From IMG/VR virus record IMGVR_UViG_3300042451_001197, positions 1 to 64,000 of that record: a stretch of DNA of 64,000 nt. One strand, written 5' to 3'. Every line of letters starts with the position of its first letter. Position 1 is the stretch's first letter. Source of the DNA: a virus. Shown piece after piece: positions 58,053 through 64,000 of this stretch. Below the pieces are notes generated by a model. It searched no databases, had not been told where the DNA came from, and saw nothing but the letters and a program-made list of their open reading frames with translations. A program made the position numbers and the translations under genes.

Positions 58053-58379
58053 ATGAATTTTGAGATTAACGAAAACAAATTACAAAATATTGTCTTCAAG
58101 TATGTGGACAATAAAAACTATGTCATTAAAGAAACTGATAATGATTATTACTTTATAGAAAACGAAGAAGATGAGTATGCTCAGATTAGAATTAGAAAAA
58201 GTGATAAAGTTTGTGTTATTTATCACAAATTAACTGAAGAAATTGAATCGTTTTTTTCAATTGAATACCCTATGGTTGAAGATGTTTTAACGAGATATGT
58301 TGAGAATACCATAAATATTGAGGTGTCTAAAACCCTATTAGGTATAAATCTTAAAGCAGAAGCGTTGAGAATACCTTAA
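58053..58379 (+). CDS. Paralog-family protein
   Basis: MNFEINENKLQNIVFKYVD...YVENTINIEVSKT. Confidence 0.75.
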   Translation: MNFEINENKLQNIVFKYVDNKNYVIKETDNDYYFIENEEDEYAQIRIRKSDKVCVIYHKLTEEIESFFSIEYPMVEDVLTRYVENTINIEVSKTLLGINLKAEALRIP

Positions 58380-58384
58380 ATTAA
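58299..58384 (+). repeat. CRISPR-like mini-array 4
   Basis: GTTGAGAATACCATAAATATTGAGGTGTCTAAAAC / CCTATTAGGTATAAATCTTAAAGCAGAAGC / GTTGAGAATACCTTAAAT. Confidence 0.72.
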
Positions 58385-58397
58385 ACTATTTATCATT

Positions 58398-58766
58398 ATG
58401 AAATACCTAATCACAGAAAATAAATTAGAAAAGGTTGTCTTTAAATTTTTGGATGGTAAAGATTTAAAAATGATTAAGAAAAAAATTAAACATTATAGTA
58501 ATATCACAAGTACTAGAATATTTTTTGTTTTAAATGAGTCTGATAAAACTTCTGAAATAACTTATGACGGTTGGAGTGGTAAACTTTTTATTAGTTCCGT
58601 TTTATGTGATGAGGTTTTTAATTTCTTTTCTCTTGAGGATGAGGATGATTCTGAATTAATAATTCAAGATTGGGTTGAATCGAAAATTAATAAGGAAATT
58701 GATATTTTTAAAGTACAATCATATCATCCCAATAGTTTTTCAGGAAGTATTTTTGAGATTGATTAA
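58398..58766 (+). CDS. Paralog-family protein
   Basis: MKYLITENKLEKVVFKFLD...FFSL...WVE. Confidence 0.72.
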   Translation: MKYLITENKLEKVVFKFLDGKDLKMIKKKIKHYSNITSTRIFFVLNESDKTSEITYDGWSGKLFISSVLCDEVFNFFSLEDEDDSELIIQDWVESKINKEIDIFKVQSYHPNSFSGSIFEID

Positions 58767-59155
58767 AAGGTTTCTAATTCGCCATCAAATTCATCACAGG
58801 ATTTAACTTTTTTGTGATAAACATCCACAGGAATATTTGTAAAGTTATGAGTATAATCCCAAGCGTCGTCCATTAGTTTGTAATACATATCTTGGACTTT
58901 CATTGTTTGAGGCCAAAACTTGGTTCCGTAACCACCAATTACATAAAGAGTGACACTATAATGTTTGTATTTTGGTTGTCCTTCTAAAACTTCTCTATTG
59001 TCGGGATGTGTGACCTCAATCTTACATACAGCATCTTTATTTGGTTCAAGAATGGTTTGATTTAATAATGTCTCAATTAGTCCTGACAAATCTTTTTTGG
59101 ATTCGTTTAAAGACATCATTGATTGTATTCTTGATATTTGTTCTTGTAGTTTCAT
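58763..59155 (-). CDS. MKLQEQI-leader protein
   Basis: Same leader as 54272, different body. Confidence 0.65.
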   Translation of the reverse strand: MKLQEQISRIQSMMSLNESKKDLSGLIETLLNQTILEPNKDAVCKIEVTHPDNREVLEGQPKYKHYSVTLYVIGGYGTKFWPQTMKVQDMYYKLMDDAWDYTHNFTNIPVDVYHKKVKSCDEFDGELETF

Positions 59156-59166
59156 TCCTTTTCAGA

Positions 59167-59775
59167 TTATTTTAAATTATTACTATCAGGTAAGTTTAAA
59201 AGAACACCCTCATTTCTCGAAAGATAATTATCTATTATTCTAATTATTTCAGGGGTCATATTTGGTATATCAGATATTTCAAAATTAAAACCCCATAATG
59301 GATTATCTTCCATATCGTATATACCATTTTCTGGTGAGTAATATACAATATTGGTTGCGAAGTTATTTATGTCATTTGATATTGTGACATAATAGTCACC
59401 CATCTCTTGTTCGTTTTTAAATTGATAACCTAATATTTCACAAACATCCGCAAAACGATATCCACCTTCATCCCATCTTGACATAATTAAAATCTCTGAT
59501 GGTATTGGTTGTCCTGTGATACCTATCTTTTCTTTCTTTGGTTTTCTTTGAATGATAACCGCGTGTTTACCTTTATGGTAATCTTCCCACTCACCAACAT
59601 CACTATTAATACACCATTGACAGAAACTTGCGTATTTCTGTAAAGCCTTATGTGTTAATGGAACAACCACAATAACATTATCGTCTTTGTAAAGTTCAAC
59701 TTTTTCTTTTTTTGGAACTCTTACTTCATTAAGTTCTTCCTTTAATATTCTTCTTATGGTTTGTTGTAAGTTCAT
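59167..59775 (-). CDS. RRILKE-leader protein, possible PcfJ-like domain
   Basis: VVVPLTHKALQKYA..QWCI. Confidence 0.5.
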   Translation of the reverse strand: MNLQQTIRRILKEELNEVRVPKKEKVELYKDDNVIVVVPLTHKALQKYASFCQWCINSDVGEWEDYHKGKHAVIIQRKPKKEKIGITGQPIPSEILIMSRWDEGGYRFADVCEILGYQFKNEQEMGDYYVTISNDINNFATNIVYYSPENGIYDMEDNPLWGFNFEISDIPNMTPEIIRIIDNYLSRNEGVLLNLPDSNNLK

Positions 59776-59836
59776 TACAATATAAATATCGTTATGGTAA
59801 CTATTATACCGTAACGAATTGAGAAATTAATTTGTG

Positions 59837-60043
59837 TTATTTCTCTATAATGAATGGTACTGATGGGTTTGGTTGTAACATCGGATACATAACTTTAATT
59901 TTATCCAGTAACCCATTTTTTTCCAAATAATTTAATTTGAATATACATTCTTTTATTAATGGTATTCTTTTAGACTTTCGTAAATTCTTAATATTAACAT
60001 CACTTAGATATTTTTTAATTATTTGTTTTACTCTTGGTGTCAT
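59837..60043 (-). CDS. Hypothetical protein
   Basis: ORF track, coupled to upstream gene. Confidence 0.5.
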   Translation of the reverse strand: MTPRVKQIIKKYLSDVNIKNLRKSKRIPLIKECIFKLNYLEKNGLLDKIKVMYPMLQPNPSVPFIIEK

Positions 60044-60252
60044 AGTTTTTCTATTTCGGTTTTAAGTTCAATTAACTCATCAATAAAAATCTTTCTTATT
60101 GTGTAGTCTATTCCTATCATTTCATTTTCAATGTAATTAATTTGATTATTAACCGCTATCAAAGCACATTGTTTTGATGTATCCGGGTCAATATCCCATC
60201 TCACATCTCTAAATTTGTTCCTTAACTCTATCGCTTTTTCTTTTAACATCAT
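60040..60252 (-). CDS. Hypothetical phage protein
   Basis: KEKA.EL...KQCALIAV motif. Confidence 0.6.
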   Translation of the reverse strand: MMLKEKAIELRNKFRDVRWDIDPDTSKQCALIAVNNQINYIENEMIGIDYTIRKIFIDELIELKTEIEKL

Positions 60253-60548
60253 ATATTAGTTTTACTCATTACTCTCCACTCACCCATTATTGTATCAGCT
60301 ATTATGTAACAAACCTCTTCGTTTGTTTCCTTTCTTTTAAATGGTATTCTGTAACTACCATATTCACCCGATGTAAATAAACCCATTTCTATAGAGAATA
60401 TGAGACCCATTCCATATTTGGGTATAATCACTTCGTTTATTAGTTTGGATAATGTTTTACAGAACTCCTCTCTATGTTTTTTGGTGTAGTCTGATTCACC
60501 CGTTTGTATAAAACAGGAATAGGTTGGATTGTTTCCATATATGTTCAT
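60249..60548 (-). CDS. Hypothetical protein
   Basis: ORF track. Confidence 0.5.
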   Translation of the reverse strand: MNIYGNNPTYSCFIQTGESDYTKKHREEFCKTLSKLINEVIIPKYGMGLIFSIEMGLFTSGEYGSYRIPFKRKETNEEVCYIIADTIMGEWRVMSKTNI

Positions 60549-60554
60549 ATTGTA

Positions 60555-61166
60555 TTAATTTAAAGAGTTGGGTAAGAATAATAATGAGGGATTCTTTTTT
60601 TGTACATCAGGTACATCACCTTGTAATAACATATATTTATTAAACTCAAGAACGTCAAATCTTTTAGTTATTAAGTGGTATCCGTTTTTGGTTGGAATGG
60701 TTGCAATCACTTTATCTCCTTCAGGTCTGATAGAATTAATTAACTTACTAATTTTTAATAAAGCCTTTTCATCCTTACTATCAATATCGCAAATCCACCT
60801 TTTTTCGTATGTCTTAATCTGACCAACAACGGAATCAAATAAACCTTTTTGATTATGACTTCCATTCTTAATTCTCTCCGCTAATGACATCATCATTTCC
60901 AAGGAAACATCCTTATGATTTTGTTTCTGAACGTGAATGTATGCTCTCGCTTTAAACATCTCACAGAGTTGTTTAATTTCATCGTATCGTTTATGTAGAT
61001 ATTCAATACTTTCAACACAATAGGTCTTGATGGTTCTTACCGACTGATGATTATCTCTTTCTCCTTCGGGTTGGTCCTTCTTTCTTTTAAGAACGTAGAC
61101 CATATAGAAATCACCTTTTTCTTCAAAGTTCAGTAATGGTTTAATAAGTTCAATGTTGTCTATCAT
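60555..61166 (-). CDS. Possible AEP (primase-polymerase) superfamily protein
   Basis: WICDID (DxD) and PTKNGYHLIT motifs. Confidence 0.45.
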   Translation of the reverse strand: MIDNIELIKPLLNFEEKGDFYMVYVLKRKKDQPEGERDNHQSVRTIKTYCVESIEYLHKRYDEIKQLCEMFKARAYIHVQKQNHKDVSLEMMMSLAERIKNGSHNQKGLFDSVVGQIKTYEKRWICDIDSKDEKALLKISKLINSIRPEGDKVIATIPTKNGYHLITKRFDVLEFNKYMLLQGDVPDVQKKNPSLLFLPNSLN

Positions 61167-61279
61167 AAGTTTATTTTCTACATCACAAAGATAGTAAATT
61201 ATATTAACATTTACAAATAAAAAACCCCGAGGATTATCTCAGGGTTCTTAATTGTTTTGAATTTAACAAAAATAACTTA

Positions 61280-61570
61280 TTAAAATTCTGGTACTTCTAT
61301 CTCAGGACCGATTTTTTCAACCTCATCAATATAAATACCCATTGATGACGAGTCACCCACTCCACCAGGAAGGAAACACTCATCCCCCTCTTCATACGAA
61401 TAAAATGAATCAGGTCCCATATACCAACAAGGTTTTGGTTTTTTATAACCCTTAATTAAAACCCAATACCATCCACTTTTTTCAGGTAATTGTTTATTAC
61501 CTTCAGTATTACTATCTTCCTTTAATAAGTTCTTAAACTTATCCATTTGTTCTCTCATTTCTTTGCTCAT
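61280..61570 (-). CDS. Hypothetical protein with LLKE leader
   Basis: TATTTAT upstream; LPEKSGWYWV. Confidence 0.55.
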   Translation of the reverse strand: MSKEMREQMDKFKNLLKEDSNTEGNKQLPEKSGWYWVLIKGYKKPKPCWYMGPDSFYSYEEGDECFLPGGVGDSSSMGIYIDEVEKIGPEIEVPEF

Positions 61571-61622
61571 AATTTCTTTTTATTATAAATACTCCACAAA
61601 ATAAAAAATACTATCTATCATC

Positions 61623-61805
61623 TTAGTAACTCCAATATTCGTTTTGTATTTTTCTTACTTCTTCAATTCCTTCCATTATTTTTTTAAATGCCGGTTCCAA
61701 CTCTGAGTTATCACCATAAAAGATATGACCATATTCTTCTATATGATGATAGAAGTCAATTATCTCTTCCATTTCCACTTTTCTAATGTCTTTAATGTTC
61801 GGCAT
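61623..61805 (-). CDS. Hypothetical protein
   Basis: ORF track. Confidence 0.45.
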   Translation of the reverse strand: MPNIKDIRKVEMEEIIDFYHHIEEYGHIFYGDNSELEPAFKKIMEGIEEVRKIQNEYWSY

Positions 61806-62550
61806 CCTGATTTACTTCTATGTTATCAATATTTTGTTCCAAGTTGTTTAATATCTTAAATTCATTTGTTTCTTCAGTATAAACAATATAACTATTATTT
61901 TCAATCCAATCACCACAATTTAGATAATGTATTCCGTTAATAGTTTTATTTTCAGGTTTATGAATATGTCCACAAATTACCCCAATACAATTTCTTTTTT
62001 TAGCCTCATCAGCTAATTGATTTTCATAATTAGTAATAAACTTAACCGCGTTCTTTACTTTGTCTTTTGCCCACTTACTTAATGATTTTCTATATCCAAT
62101 AGATTTCAAAAACATATCAATTGTAATTGCTAATTCATAACCAAATGAACCTAACTTACCTAACCACTTTAATTTAACAATACCATCGTATAAATCTCCG
62201 TGTGTTATGTAATAGTTGTTCCATACATACTCATCACAAATTTTAATGTTATTTCCAAATTTTATTGGGGTGTATTCTCTTAAAAAGTCATCGTGATTTC
62301 CTGTAATGTAAACTACCTCACAACCTTTCTTAGACATTGATAATATTCTCTTAATAACTGAAGTGTAGTTATCAGTCCAAAAATGTCTTTTCTTTAATAA
62401 CCAACCATCAATAAAGTCACCGACAATGAATAGTTTTTTAGGTTTATATTTCTTCAGTATTGTTAGTAGTTCTTTTGATTTAGAACCTTTACTACCTAAA
62501 TGTACATCTGAAATGAAAAGTGCATCTATTTTAATCTTTTTTGGTTTCAT
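61792..62550 (-). CDS. LpxH-like UDP-2,3-diacylglucosamine diphosphatase family metallophosphoesterase
   Basis: ISDVHLG, VGDFIDGW, GNHD, HGD, CGHIH, YLNCGDWIE. Confidence 0.8.
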   Translation of the reverse strand: MKPKKIKIDALFISDVHLGSKGSKSKELLTILKKYKPKKLFIVGDFIDGWLLKKRHFWTDNYTSVIKRILSMSKKGCEVVYITGNHDDFLREYTPIKFGNNIKICDEYVWNNYYITHGDLYDGIVKLKWLGKLGSFGYELAITIDMFLKSIGYRKSLSKWAKDKVKNAVKFITNYENQLADEAKKRNCIGVICGHIHKPENKTINGIHYLNCGDWIENNSYIVYTEETNEFKILNNLEQNIDNIEVNQDAEH

Positions 62551-62854
62551 TATCTTGAACTTTAAAATTATTGATTGGATAATCTAATTCTATTTCCCAC
62601 CCCTTATGTTTTTTATGTACAAAGTATAGTAAGTTTTGAACCTTGTCTGCATGATTCATATTCGTTAGCTTAAAGGTCATTTCCTTGACATACTTTCCAT
62701 TGTCGATTGAGTATTCAATTGCACTTAATGTTGCCACTGTATCCTTTTCATATAGGATTGTATTGTCTATGGAATGAAATCCTGTCGTGTCAATCTTTTT
62801 GATTGATGTACACCCAATTAAGAGTGTTGATAGTAGTATTGTTAGTTTTTTCAT
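62531..62854 (-). CDS. Putative lipoprotein
   Basis: MKKLTILLSTLLIGC lipobox. Confidence 0.6.
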   Translation of the reverse strand: MKKLTILLSTLLIGCTSIKKIDTTGFHSIDNTILYEKDTVATLSAIEYSIDNGKYVKEMTFKLTNMNHADKVQNLLYFVHKKHKGWEIELDYPINNFKVQDNETKKD

Positions 62855-63009
62855 ATTGTGTTGTTTAATAAATGTATTCTCCTACTAATTGAGTAAGACC
62901 TTGTGAGTTAGTTGTTGTTTTAGGTATTGATTGACCAAAGAAATTGACCATATGCGCAAAATTCTGTTTCCATAACACAAAGATACAATTATTTTAATTG
63001 AAAAACAAA

Positions 63010-63585
63010 TTAATATTTGTCATAATATTCCCAAACTTCATCCAATTGAGATGGGTCAACAATAAAAGATTCCCAATCATCTTTTGCTACTTCAACATCC
63101 CTAACATCAATATAAAATGTTTTGGGTGTGAATGGGAATGATTTAACATATCCTCGTTTGTCAATCATTAAATTTCTATCTCCGTTCAACCAATCTTCTT
63201 CATTTAACCAACATCTTCCACTCCAAGTAATTCCTCTTTGGTCACGTTTGATGATAGCATCAATGTAGTAAGGTTTTCCATCTTTACCATCTTTGAATAA
63301 ACCCGAACAACGTTTGTTTTGATACCAGGGTTTGCCATCACCTAAATCTCTAACATCACTCCATTCTTCGTCTTTACCTGTAATAGGTTGTAGTGATTCG
63401 TACTTAGCCAATTTATGAAATAAACTAGCAACCATCGGTGCTGACATTCCCGAATGTCCTTGTTTGGAAAATAATTCAATTAATTCCATTACGGATTTAC
63501 CAGTGGCTCCTTCATAGAAGTCTCCTTTTTTATCAAATAGTCCCGCTATTTCGAGTTCCATTTTCGCGTGTTCAATTAGTCCCAT
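63010..63585 (-). CDS. Hypothetical phage protein
   Basis: FSKQGHSGMSA...QNKRCSGLFK. Confidence 0.7.
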   Translation of the reverse strand: MGLIEHAKMELEIAGLFDKKGDFYEGATGKSVMELIELFSKQGHSGMSAPMVASLFHKLAKYESLQPITGKDEEWSDVRDLGDGKPWYQNKRCSGLFKDGKDGKPYYIDAIIKRDQRGITWSGRCWLNEEDWLNGDRNLMIDKRGYVKSFPFTPKTFYIDVRDVEVAKDDWESFIVDPSQLDEVWEYYDKY

Positions 63586-63658
63586 ATTTTTATTTTACTT
63601 GTTTTTTCATATTTTTTATTTAAGTTAAAAATACTAAATTTTAATCACATAAACAAGT

Positions 63659-63925
63659 CTATTTTTCTCTATATAATATCGCATCCTTCCAGAAATATCC
63701 TGAGTGTACTTTACCTATATCAAGTCGTGATACCCAATAATACACTTGAGTATCTCTATTGATAGAAGTTATGGTTACATATTCAATTCCATATTGTTCT
63801 TTATCAAAGTCGGATGCTTTTAGTTTGTCTCCTACGTTATATAGGTACTTGTTACTGATTGGTGTGTCTTTGGGTTTTGGTCTTCCTCTATCTCCTCCTA
63901 TTCTATTGTCTGTAAATTGTCCCAT
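63659..63925 (-). CDS. Hypothetical protein
   Basis: ORF track. Confidence 0.5.
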   Translation of the reverse strand: MGQFTDNRIGGDRGRPKPKDTPISNKYLYNVGDKLKASDFDKEQYGIEYVTITSINRDTQVYYWVSRLDIGKVHSGYFWKDAILYREK

Positions 63926-64000
63926 TATCTTATTTGAAATTTAGTTACAACCCAATCAAAATCATTGTAATCTGTTACCTTGAAGTAATAATGTCCACCT

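Noticed and set aside
1-64000. Stop-codon reassignment; cas, reverse transcriptase or DGR genes
   Set aside because: Long conserved ORFs read cleanly in the standard code and end in TAA, TAG or TGA; no Cas, RT or TR/VR pair was recognised.
1-64000. Bacterial chromosome origin for the window
   Set aside because: dnaK, thyA and guaC-like genes are isolated among dense orphan genes with phage hallmarks (Rnl1, homing HNH, GH19 lysin) and lack their usual bacterial operon context.

Overview
Very AT-rich, gene-dense segment of a large (jumbo-type) dsDNA phage. The host is most likely a Bacteroidota bacterium: there are many TTTG-N19/20-TAnnTTTG promoters and two genes with type IX secretion C-terminal domains. 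No capsid, tail, polymerase, cas, tRNA or rRNA genes were recognised. Recognisable genes: Rnl1-like RNA ligase with an HNH homing endonuclease inserted at its 5' end, metallophosphoesterases, a CYTH protein, a 1846-aa SprB/T9SS adhesin, glycosyltransferases, GMP reductase/IMPDH-like enzyme, DnaK, ThyA, FKBP PPIase, GH19 endolysin and an N4/N6 DNA methyltransferase. Dozens of small genes share a TATTTAT upstream motif and an N-terminal (I/L)-x-E leader, suggesting late-expressed, head-packaged proteins. A strand switch at about 49.6-50.0 kb carries a G-quadruplex motif and DnaA-box-like 9-mers, followed by a structured element between convergent promoters. Main candidate for a new system: an expanded family of ~100-aa paralogs (53-59 kb) whose 3' ends contain CRISPR-like units. 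One gene carries an in-frame, translated array of 36-nt repeats and 30-nt unique spacers (56787-57248). Four others end in repeat / exactly 30-nt spacer / half-repeat mini-arrays. All calls come from reading the sequence by eye; no database searches were run.
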